This document shows positions 1 through 6,745 of a DNA stretch of 40,569 bases, one piece after another (the stretch's first letter is position 1; each line of letters starts with the position of its first letter). Under the pieces are notes generated by a model, which saw only the letters and a list, made by a program, of their open reading frames with translations, ran no database searches and was not told the DNA's origin. The stretch is from the IMG/VR virus record IMGVR_UViG_3300045988_053499, positions 1 to 40,569 of that record, one strand, 5' to 3'. The translations under genes and the position numbers were made by a program. Origin of the DNA: a virus.

Positions 1-24
1 GTTCGACTCCCATCGCCTCCACCA
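1..24 (+). repeat. attL core, equal to the 3' end of a tRNA gene (GTTCGACTCCCATCGCCTCCACCA)
   Basis: Exact copy of 40546..40569. Reads as T-loop TTCGACT, T-stem CCCAT, acceptor strand CGCCTCC, discriminator A, CCA. Confidence 0.9.
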
Positions 25-30
25 TGCAAA

Positions 31-69
31 AAGGACACCATTTCGTTGAGAATTGGCGTCCTTTTCTTT
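31..69 (+). terminator. Putative intrinsic terminator after the reconstituted tRNA 3' end
   Basis: Stem GGACACC/GGCGTCC with one mismatch, followed by TTTTCTTT. Confidence 0.4.
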
Positions 70-73
70 ATCA

Positions 74-94
74 TGGTAACATTTTTGGTAACAC
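74..94 (+). promoter_or_regulatory. Two direct TGGTAACA(C) repeats, candidate integrase arm-type sites
   Basis: TGGTAACA at 74..81 and 86..94. The same motif pair with the same 12-bp spacing occurs at 40410..40430. Confidence 0.45.
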
Positions 95-121
95 ACCGCT
101 GAAAAACAGCTTTATAAACGC

Positions 122-160
122 AAAAACAGCCCCGAGGAACCGTCAGGAGCCCCGGGGCTG
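122..160 (-). terminator. Intrinsic terminator of the leftmost - strand operon
   Basis: 8-bp stem CAGCCCCG/CGGGGCTG (127..134 and 153..160), followed on the - strand by TTTTTG. Confidence 0.55.
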
Positions 161-227
161 CTGCTATGTATGGCTTTTTTTGGCTGGGCGACTTACTTTC
201 CCTGTGCCTTCAGCCTATTGGGCATCG

Positions 228-566
228 TCACTCAGACAAAGAGACGATCTTCCGCATTACTAGCTCATACTCTTTCGGGTACACCAGCTTTATTGCGCTC
301 ATGTGCCTGTCCAGCACCTCCATCAGTCCGCCGAACGGCACAGCGCTTGCAGCCTCTACAAATTCGCTCTGCGGCTCTTGCGATCTTGTGGAATACTCCA
401 TCTGTCGCACTGGTTCAGGCTGCGGAGCGGGGCTGTTTTCCCGGCTTTCCGCTTCGCTCAACTCATTTCGAACAGTGCAGAGGGCGGCAAGCTTTTCCAC
501 GCTCTGCCAGTTCGTTTCTTCGCATTTCAGTTTGCGGATGTGCTCGTTTATCTCCACGATGTCCAT
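228..566 (-). CDS. Hypothetical protein
   Basis: ORF 228..587. The internal ATG at 566 is preceded by AAGGGGGG. Last gene of a 3-gene operon. Confidence 0.6.
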   Translation of the reverse strand: MDIVEINEHIRKLKCEETNWQSVEKLAALCTVRNELSEAESRENSPAPQPEPVRQMEYSTRSQEPQSEFVEAASAVPFGGLMEVLDRHMSAIKLVYPKEYELVMRKIVSLSE

Positions 567-583
567 GCCTGCCGCCCCCCTTA

Positions 584-982
584 TCACATATTGTTCAGGA
601 TGTCCAGAGCACGCTTGTATGCGTCACGCTCGGCGCCGGTTGCGTCCTGCATCATGTTTTCGATGTCAGAAATCATCCGCTCCCGACCATCGCCGCGCGA
701 GTAGTGACCGCGCACATAGTGCCGCCCACGGTTTGCGTAGCTGTTGCCTCGGTTATAGTTTTCGGTACGTCCGTAGTTGCCGCGCATATCAGCTTCCCAC
801 TCACCAGCGCGGCTATAATCGCCGTCCTCCAGCATCATGATCTTGTCAATGTTCTTGATGGTGTCGGTCAGCTTGTGCACGGTGTCCAGCGTGCGCTCGT
901 TCAGGCCGTTCTTGGCATCGCGGTTGTACTCGTCCAGCTCCTCGCAGAGCATTTCACGCAGATCATAGAGATTCTTACTCAT
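584..982 (-). CDS. Hypothetical protein (Gly/Arg/Tyr/Asn-rich centre)
   Basis: 132-aa ORF with AAGGAG 8 nt upstream of the ATG. Confidence 0.7.
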   Translation of the reverse strand: MSKNLYDLREMLCEELDEYNRDAKNGLNERTLDTVHKLTDTIKNIDKIMMLEDGDYSRAGEWEADMRGNYGRTENYNRGNSYANRGRHYVRGHYSRGDGRERMISDIENMMQDATGAERDAYKRALDILNNM

Positions 983-997
983 GTTGTACTCCTTTCC

Positions 998-1423
998 TTA
1001 TGCTACCCGCTCAACGATCAGATTGCTGTTTGCAATGCTGATTGCCTGCGTGCTAGTGTTTTTGAGCGCCACAGTAACGCAGCAGCCCCGGGGGACTTCC
1101 ACGAACACCGCCGTAAAGACGTTGCTGTACTGATCCACTGCCGCAGGGGTGACAATTGCGGTTGCGCTGTTGAGCGCCTCGCCTCCGACAGCAAGCGCCA
1201 CAGAGATAGCGCCCACAGTGCCGCCGGTAGGGATGGCGATGTTGCCGCCAAAGCTTACTTTGAAGCGCGCAAAGCACTGCCCATTGGTCAATCCTCTTAA
1301 TGTTACAACTCCTGCGCCCTCTCTATGAACAACACAGGAAGAACCTTTTACAGACGTCTCAGTTAAAGGAAGATTCCCTCCTGCTGCCACAGTCTGAATT
1401 GCACTTGATGTAAATTCAGCCAT
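998..1423 (-). CDS. Hypothetical protein, possibly a BclA C-terminal / C1q-TNF-like jelly-roll
   Basis: ORF with AAGGAG 7 nt before the ATG at 1423. Gly/Ala/Val/Thr-rich beta-type sequence resembling exosporium BclA C-domains, judged from memory only. Confidence 0.55.
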   Translation of the reverse strand: MAEFTSSAIQTVAAGGNLPLTETSVKGSSCVVHREGAGVVTLRGLTNGQCFARFKVSFGGNIAIPTGGTVGAISVALAVGGEALNSATAIVTPAAVDQYSNVFTAVFVEVPRGCCVTVALKNTSTQAISIANSNLIVERVA

Positions 1424-1444
1424 ATCCAAACTCCTTTCTGAATT

Positions 1445-2101
1445 TTAGTTGTTATGTTTGGTCTTTTGATTATTTCCTTTTACCACTGGAATTTCAATGC
1501 AATCAGAATCTGACCACCCACGGCGTTTTCTGTCTGCAAGCGTTTCCTTTTTTATCCCAGTGATTTCAGCCCATTCAGAAACGGTCTTTGTTTTTCCTTT
1601 GTATGTGATAAAAACATTCCGTCTTGTATTGTTGCTTTGCTGCTTTGCAGTAACCCAGCGGCAATTCTCAGGGCAATAGTTTCCATTGCTGTCTATTCTG
1701 TCAATCGAAAGATTTTCAGCATATCCATTTTTTAGCGCCCATTCACGAAACGCTATAAAAGATTTTGCCCATTCTTTGCATACCGTTATGCCACGTCCAC
1801 CGTAAAAAGGATAACCGATGTTTTCTTTTCGGAAGCAGCGTTCTTTCATTCCGCGCCATATCGAATGAAGCCTTTTGTCCGAATCTTCGTATATCCGACA
1901 CCGTTTAGAAACAAGTTCTGCTTGTAAGCATCCACACGATTGGGTTCTTCCTGTTTTTAGACTGATACCATTTATGGATTTGACCGTGCCACAGTCGCAC
2001 TTACAAATCCACCTGGTTTCATCTTTTTTACATTCAAAATCCCTATGGAGCACGACCAATCTTCCAAATCTCATTCCAGTTAAATCAAACAACTTTGACA
2101 T
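1445..2101 (-). CDS. Phage DNA-binding protein: Cys4 zinc ribbon, YGGRGI..SIDRID..NCRW core, C-terminal HTH (often annotated HNH/AP2-like)
   Basis: 218-aa ORF with AAGGAG RBS. Motifs CKCDCG..SCGC, YGGRGITVC and SIDRIDSNGNYCPENCRW. AT-rich relative to its neighbours. Confidence 0.7.
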   Translation of the reverse strand: MSKLFDLTGMRFGRLVVLHRDFECKKDETRWICKCDCGTVKSINGISLKTGRTQSCGCLQAELVSKRCRIYEDSDKRLHSIWRGMKERCFRKENIGYPFYGGRGITVCKEWAKSFIAFREWALKNGYAENLSIDRIDSNGNYCPENCRWVTAKQQSNNTRRNVFITYKGKTKTVSEWAEITGIKKETLADRKRRGWSDSDCIEIPVVKGNNQKTKHNN

Positions 2102-2121
2102 AATACAAGCTCCTTTTTATC

Positions 2122-2198
2122 TTAATTAAGTTTAATTAAATTATAGTATATTCATGGCTTGATTTCAATGCAAAATTGTGTTAAACTTAATTAAGTTT
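2122..2198. promoter_or_regulatory. Divergent promoter region with repeated CTTAATTAAGTTT operators
   Basis: 13-bp direct repeat at 2122..2134 and 2186..2198. Three TTAATTAA octamers. TTGATT-17-TAAACT on + and TTGCAT-17-TATACT on -. Confidence 0.5.
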
Positions 2199-2211
2199 TA
2201 GGGGGTGCATT

Positions 2212-2373
2212 ATGAAAAATAACGACTTGAAGAACCGGGTAAGATTTTCAACCACCCTGCGTCCCGATGTGGAGCAGGCATTGAAAGAACATTCTCAAAA
2301 AAGCGATATTCCCATCAGCAAAATTGTAGACAAAGCTCTTTCCCAGTATCTGAAACTTGAAGAAAAGCACTGA
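2212..2373 (+). CDS. Ribbon-helix-helix (CopG/Arc-like) small regulator, 53 aa
   Basis: ATG 8 nt after GGGGGTG. Sequence RVRFSTTLRPDVEQALKEHSQKSDIPISKIVDKAL fits a beta-strand/helix/helix RHH pattern. Too short for the ORF track. Confidence 0.6.
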   Translation: MKNNDLKNRVRFSTTLRPDVEQALKEHSQKSDIPISKIVDKALSQYLKLEEKH

Positions 2374-2378
2374 AAAAA

Positions 2379-2400
2379 CGCCGGGACTTTTGCCCCGGCG
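2379..2400. terminator. Bidirectional intrinsic terminator
   Basis: Stem CGCCGGG/CCCGGCG, flanked by an A-run upstream and T-rich sequence downstream. Lies between convergent genes. Confidence 0.6.
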
Positions 2401-2467
2401 CTCTGGTTTGCAAAATCAGCTCAGGGGCTGAACAGGCTACAAATTGTAGTCAGTTGCCGTTATTCGG

Positions 2468-3244
2468 TTAGGCGCAACCGTTGCAGCCGCAACCGGTGCC
2501 GCAGTTACCGTACTGGTAAGGTGCAGGAACCGGGAATGCGGGCACGGGGCGCGGATTGTAGTAGGCCAGCTGACCGCTCATGTAGGCCTTGAGCGTTTCG
2601 TTCTGGGCTGCCTGAGATGCCGCCAGCTGTGCTGCGAACAGCTGCTGCCCCTGCTCGGCGATCTTTGCGTCCTTTGCCTCGATGCGCTGTGCGGTCAGGG
2701 CGTCAAGGATGGCGCGGGCGTTCTGGTTCTGGTTGTCGATGATGTCCCGGGTGGTGTTCTGCACCGTGTTCCGGGTTTCGCAGGACTGGGTAGCCATATT
2801 GTAGTTGACGCCCTGAATTGCAGAGCGGTTCTCGCAGCAGCATTCCTGCTGCTGCATCTGCATGGCAAACAGCTGCTGCATGAATGCCGCCTGCTGGTTT
2901 GCACGGCTGATCTCTGCAGACATAAAGCCGTTGCTCACGGTCTGCTGCACGCCGTTGACAAGCTGCGCCTGCTGGTAGAAGCCATCACACATGCCGTTGT
3001 TGATACCATCCATCTTGCGCTCGATGTTTGCAAAATCGGAGGTCAGGACGTAGCCATCAACGACGCCGGCACCGGTGTTGCCATTGCCGCCCCAGTTGCC
3101 GCCCCAGCCGCCGCAGAAGGCGAACAGGAACAAGATGATGATCCACCATGCGCCATCATTGCCAAAGCCAAAGCCGTTGCCGCCGTTGGTGTTTGCGGGC
3201 TGAACAGGCATGGTCAGAACCGCAGAATCGGAAGAAAGAGACAT
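2468..3244 (-). CDS. Membrane protein, Gly/Asn/Gln-rich with a Cys-rich C-terminus
   Basis: 258-aa ORF with AAGGAG RBS. Hydrophobic segment WWIIILFLFAFCGGW. Contains ECCCE and a C-terminal NCGTGCGCNGCA. Confidence 0.7.
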   Translation of the reverse strand: MSLSSDSAVLTMPVQPANTNGGNGFGFGNDGAWWIIILFLFAFCGGWGGNWGGNGNTGAGVVDGYVLTSDFANIERKMDGINNGMCDGFYQQAQLVNGVQQTVSNGFMSAEISRANQQAAFMQQLFAMQMQQQECCCENRSAIQGVNYNMATQSCETRNTVQNTTRDIIDNQNQNARAILDALTAQRIEAKDAKIAEQGQQLFAAQLAASQAAQNETLKAYMSGQLAYYNPRPVPAFPVPAPYQYGNCGTGCGCNGCA

Positions 3245-3307
3245 TTTTGTACTCCTTTCGTGTGTTTTGAATGATTTTTATGCTTGAACCGTGGCCACGG
3301 TTACGAC

Positions 3308-3532
3308 TTAATGAAGAAGCTGTTGAAACTGATTTGCCATCGTTTGAAGCCAGTTCAACTGATTTTGAGACATTTTGCCGGATTGCAGCAGCTTTTGCAC
3401 CTCTGCTTTCGGATCGCCCTGAAAATTCGCCTTAAACTGCTGGTACTGCCGCATCATCTGCCCGAACTGACCCATAGGGTTTGGCATGGCGGGCATACCG
3501 CCGCCTAGTGCATTAAAAAGAGGATTCGGCAT
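3308..3532 (-). CDS. Hypothetical small Gln/Met/Asn-rich protein
   Basis: 74-aa ORF with GGAGG RBS, tightly packed in the operon. Confidence 0.65.
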   Translation of the reverse strand: MPNPLFNALGGGMPAMPNPMGQFGQMMRQYQQFKANFQGDPKAEVQKLLQSGKMSQNQLNWLQTMANQFQQLLH

Positions 3533-3534
3533 AA

Positions 3535-3972
3535 TTATTTGACCTCCGTTTCAGGCTTTGCAGGCTCTTGCTTCTCAAGTGCCGCACAGCGGGCTGCCAG
3601 CGCGTTAAACTCTGCCCGGGTGACAAACTCCACGCCGGGCTGCTGCGCCGTTTGTGGCGGCGTTTTTGCGGATGTGGTGCGCTCCTTGTAGTCAAACACC
3701 CGGAGGGGAAGCGGCATCCCGCTTGCATCGGTGCTCTTGATATAAAAAGCGCTGTTTTCGCTGTCCATCAGTAAAACGCTGTTCCCGGCGGCAACCATGT
3801 ACGCCTTGGCTCCCTCCTCGCCTTGCACCCAGATGATGGACGGCGCCGCCTGCTGCGCAGCCTGACCGGGCATTGTCGGCGGCTGGTATGCGTTTTGCCG
3901 AAGCTGTGCAAGCTGATCCGGCATTGCCTGCCCATAATAGCCGGGCTGATATCCGTATGGAATGTATGGCAT
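3535..3972 (-). CDS. Hypothetical protein with a Pro/Gln/Tyr-rich N-terminus
   Basis: 145-aa ORF with AAGGAGG RBS. Confidence 0.7.
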   Translation of the reverse strand: MPYIPYGYQPGYYGQAMPDQLAQLRQNAYQPPTMPGQAAQQAAPSIIWVQGEEGAKAYMVAAGNSVLLMDSENSAFYIKSTDASGMPLPLRVFDYKERTTSAKTPPQTAQQPGVEFVTRAEFNALAARCAALEKQEPAKPETEVK

Positions 3973-3975
3973 CGC

Positions 3976-4353
3976 TTAGTCCTCCTTGTACCAGTAAAAA
4001 ATCGGGCACTCCCTGCCGCTGTCCCAGCTGTCCCACCACTCGCCGTTGACCACAGCCAGAACGTGACCAGAGCAGCCCAGAACGTAGATCCCGCGCGGGT
4101 ACTCCCTTGCAAAATCCTCCACGGTGTAGCAGGTGGAGCAGTCTGCCTCGACAAGGCGGCGCTTAAATCCGCGCTTTTGGAGGTACGCACCCCATGTGCG
4201 GTTAGCGCTTGGCATATCGCCCAACGCGTAGCCCATCATGGCAAGCCCTACATACGCCTGCTCCCAGCTTTGCCCGGTGGCAGCTGCAACGGCTCGCACT
4301 GCACAGTCTCCGACGCTGCTGCCGCGCGGGTTTGGGTTGAACTTGTGCCACAT
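3976..4353 (-). CDS. Putative papain-like Cys/His small protein (unknown function)
   Basis: ATG at 4353 lies 5 nt after AAAGGAGGGG. Has GDCAVRAV (Cys) and GHVLAVV (His) motifs. Confidence 0.6.
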   Translation of the reverse strand: MWHKFNPNPRGSSVGDCAVRAVAAATGQSWEQAYVGLAMMGYALGDMPSANRTWGAYLQKRGFKRRLVEADCSTCYTVEDFAREYPRGIYVLGCSGHVLAVVNGEWWDSWDSGRECPIFYWYKED

Positions 4354-4426
4354 GAGCGCCCCTCCTTTTGCGGTTATCATACCAGAATGCCACACCGGGA
4401 GAGACAACGAGCGTCAAACGAAGGAC

Positions 4427-4468
4427 AAAAAAAGAAAAGCGCCCACACGGAAAAATCCGCATGAGCGC
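4427..4468 (-). terminator. Intrinsic terminator
   Basis: Stem GCGCTCA/TGGGCGC, followed on the - strand by TTTTCTTTTTTT. Confidence 0.55.
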
Positions 4469-4562
4469 TTAACTGTTAAGGGCTTCACATTGGAAGCAAA
4501 AATAAAATATCACGTTTCAGCTTCCACGGCAAGCCTTTCGACAAAACTAGTGCGAATAAGAC

Positions 4563-4630
4563 AAAATCCCCCACTTTGCCTACAAAGTACCCCGCGTGGA
4601 ACGCAGGGCTTTGGCAAAGCAGGGGATTTT
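4563..4630. terminator. Long imperfect hairpin with an A-run and a T-run (bidirectional terminator-like)
   Basis: AAAATCCCC..CTTTGCC pairs with GGCAAAG..GGGGATTTT. Inner stem CCCCGCG/CGCAGGG. Confidence 0.45.
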
Positions 4631-4686
4631 TTATGTTGCCAAAACGGCGAAGTCTAAAATCAAGAGCGGAACCGCACAAAAAGAAA

Positions 4687-4712
4687 AGCGGCATACCCGA
4701 AAGCCTGCCGCT
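4687..4712. terminator. Intrinsic terminator after the HTH gene
   Basis: Stem AGCGGCA/TGCCGCT. T-run on the - strand (TTTCTTTTT) and TTTT on the + strand. Confidence 0.6.
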
Positions 4713-4766
4713 TTTGAATTGCCTGAGCAGAAGCCCAAAGCTAATTCGTTGCTCATGATTATTATA

Positions 4767-4991
4767 TCACACATCCAGCATTTTTTCAATGCCTTTCAGC
4801 CGGTAGCCTACCGCCGTCCGGCTGTAATGCGTCTGTGCTGCAATGTCCGGCAGCGGAAGCCGCTCAACGTACCGCAGTAAGGCTATCTTACGGTCTACCC
4901 TCCCAAGCGGTGCGCTTTTGATGGCGGCGGTCATCTGCTGTCGGTCAAGTCCTTGCAGCGCAGCGGGCAGCACTACACGAGCCGCCGCCAC
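4767..4991 (-). CDS. Small sigma-70 region-4-like HTH protein (start uncertain: GTG 4991 or ATG 4934)
   Basis: KIALLRYVERLPLPDIAAQTHYSRTAVGYRLKGIEKML resembles region 4 / LuxR-type HTH. No clear SD. Confidence 0.5.
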   Translation of the reverse strand: MAAARVVLPAALQGLDRQQMTAAIKSAPLGRVDRKIALLRYVERLPLPDIAAQTHYSRTAVGYRLKGIEKMLDV

Positions 4992-5184
4992 AGGCAGTAC
5001 CGAGCCAAAAAGGCTGCGGCAGCTGTCCGGCGTTGCGCACCATTACAGGGACGTTACCGAGATGGTATGTTTTCGTGAGGTCGCGAAAACGTCCACAGAC
5101 CATTTTCGTGACGTGCCGAAATTGCTCTTGTGCGGCGTACATTTTGTTGACGTCAACAAAATGGTCGTATGTAGTGCTTGCCAT
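4945..5184 (-). CDS. Questionable ORF overlying four palindromic DNA sites
   Basis: Strong AAGGAGG 6 nt before the ATG at 5184. However, the periodic peptide (HFVDVNKM / RHVTKMV / RDLTKTY) mirrors DNA palindromes and the C-terminus looks non-protein-like. Confidence 0.35.
   Translation of the reverse strand: MASTTYDHFVDVNKMYAAQEQFRHVTKMVCGRFRDLTKTYHLGNVPVMVRNAGQLPQPFWLGTACGGGSCSAARCAART
5041..5163. repeat. Four 24-bp palindromic sites, consensus about CATTTTCGTGACGTCACGAAAATG
   Basis: Sites at 5041..5064, 5068..5091, 5101..5124 and 5140..5163. The last is a perfect palindrome, CATTTTGTTGACGTCAACAAAATG. Confidence 0.75.
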
Positions 5185-5194
5185 GATATCCTCC

Positions 5195-5536
5195 TTACTG
5201 CTTTTGCAGTGCCGCTTTCATGCGGTCAAAGAAAAACTGAATTACCTTGCTCATGGTCTCTTCGGTGATAGCCCAGCTGACCAGCTTGCCCCACCGGCTG
5301 TTATTGAGATAAGTGCGCAGCATCTTGACGCACCACGCCTTGCGCTCTGCTCCGCGTTTCGTGCCCTGAATTTCTCGCTCCGCTTGGTCGATGAGGTCAA
5401 GCACCAGCGTCTTGACCGCTGCGCCGTAGCCCAGACGGATGCCGCCCAAGGCGTAGAAAACGAACCCGCCCATCATCAGCAGCAGCGCCGCCCATGCGGG
5501 GAGAACAGACAAAAGCTTAGTTACCAGTGTTTCCAT
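5195..5536 (-). CDS. Putative holin (LL-H-like)
   Basis: 113-aa ORF with GGAAGGAG RBS. N-terminal TM segment, then DQAEREIQGTKRGAERKAW. Sits in the lysis cassette. Confidence 0.55.
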   Translation of the reverse strand: METLVTKLLSVLPAWAALLLMMGGFVFYALGGIRLGYGAAVKTLVLDLIDQAEREIQGTKRGAERKAWCVKMLRTYLNNSRWGKLVSWAITEETMSKVIQFFFDRMKAALQKQ

Positions 5537-5909
5537 GCTTGGTTACTCCTTCCATTAAGTAGTTGTCGATTTTCGCCTTGCTGGCTTGCATGGCTGCCAC
5601 GTTGTTTCCGGTCAGCTGCGATTCCAGCAGGGCACGGACGGCTTCAAGCGTCAGGCGGTTCACCTCGTCGATTTCGGTAAATCGCTCAAGGTCGCGGGTC
5701 AGGGCAGCACCATGCTGCAGCTGTCCCTGTTCCAGCGCACCGATGCGCCTTTCCATCTCGTCAAGACGCTTGTCCTGTGCTGCGTCCGGCGCTTGTGCCT
5801 TTTTGATGTACTTGTGGATGATGCCCAGCACCTTGTCCAGCGTAATCGCTGCAGCGCACACACTGCCAAGGATGCCCAGCACCCACAGCAAAGCTTCTTT
5901 TTCGGTCAT
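5517..5909 (-). CDS. Membrane-anchored coiled-coil protein (lysis accessory or holin-like)
   Basis: ATG at 5909 overlaps the endolysin stop (ATGA). N-terminal TM segment LLWVLGILGSVCAAAI. Confidence 0.55.
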   Translation of the reverse strand: MTEKEALLWVLGILGSVCAAAITLDKVLGIIHKYIKKAQAPDAAQDKRLDEMERRIGALEQGQLQHGAALTRDLERFTEIDEVNRLTLEAVRALLESQLTGNNVAAMQASKAKIDNYLMEGVTKHGNTGN

Positions 5910-6700
5910 TTGCCCTCCCGAAGACGGGTCAGGCCCTTCTTTCTGATGATACGGGGATAGTTGAGGGTAGTGACGTTGAGGTCTACGTTGCCCATGATGC
6001 CCGGCACGTTGCCCTTGCTGGTGTGCTGATGGGCATTGTACTTGAAATTTACCTTCGGGGTCTTGCCGGTGTAGTCGGCCAGCCAGACGTCCCACCGAGA
6101 GGACAGCCGAGCCATGTCCAGCTCGTACTTGTAACCGGTGTAGGTGTACAGCTGGGCGTAAAAGCCCATTTTCTCCACCTGCTCCAGCGCGTAGGCGGTG
6201 AGGTTGGTGAGGTCGAGGGTGCTCATGGGCTTGAGCTTGTTTTCTTCCACGTCCACCGCGAGGGGCATGGTAAGCTCCTTGCCGTAGACCGCCTGCCGCA
6301 CAAGGGCAAGCTCTGCATCAGCCATCGCCTCGCTGGTGGCGTAGGTGTAGTAGTAGACCCCCACGTCCAGCCCGGCAGCCCGGGCGTTGCGGTAGTTGGT
6401 CTCAAATTTCGGGTCGACGTACAGCCCGTCCTTGCGTTTGCTCAGCTTGCTGTTGGTGGATACCGTCTTGAGCATGACCCCCTTGTAGCCCGCCGCCTTA
6501 ATTTTGCGCCAGCCGTCGAGGGTGATTTTGCCTTGATACCGGCTCACGTCAATGTATCGGTAGGGTGGTGCGCCATCCCAGCCGGGAGGAGCAGCGCTTT
6601 GGGTGTCCACGGTGGACACCGGGTCAGAAGTAGAGGCATCTGCCGCTCGGGAGAAGGCGGAGAAGAGGGAAGCGAGGAAGTTAAGGATGGTGTGCAGCAT
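5906..6700 (-). CDS. Endolysin, GH25 muramidase with an N-terminal signal-like segment
   Basis: IDVSRYQG..GVMLK..GVYYY..VDVE pattern typical of GH25. The N-terminus MLHTILNFLASLFSAFSRAADA is hydrophobic. Confidence 0.8.
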   Translation of the reverse strand: MLHTILNFLASLFSAFSRAADASTSDPVSTVDTQSAAPPGWDGAPPYRYIDVSRYQGKITLDGWRKIKAAGYKGVMLKTVSTNSKLSKRKDGLYVDPKFETNYRNARAAGLDVGVYYYTYATSEAMADAELALVRQAVYGKELTMPLAVDVEENKLKPMSTLDLTNLTAYALEQVEKMGFYAQLYTYTGYKYELDMARLSSRWDVWLADYTGKTPKVNFKYNAHQHTSKGNVPGIMGNVDLNVTTLNYPRIIRKKGLTRLREGK

Positions 6701-6745
6701 TTTGAGACTCCTTTTTTTGTTTTTAAGATTAGATAAAAACTTTCT

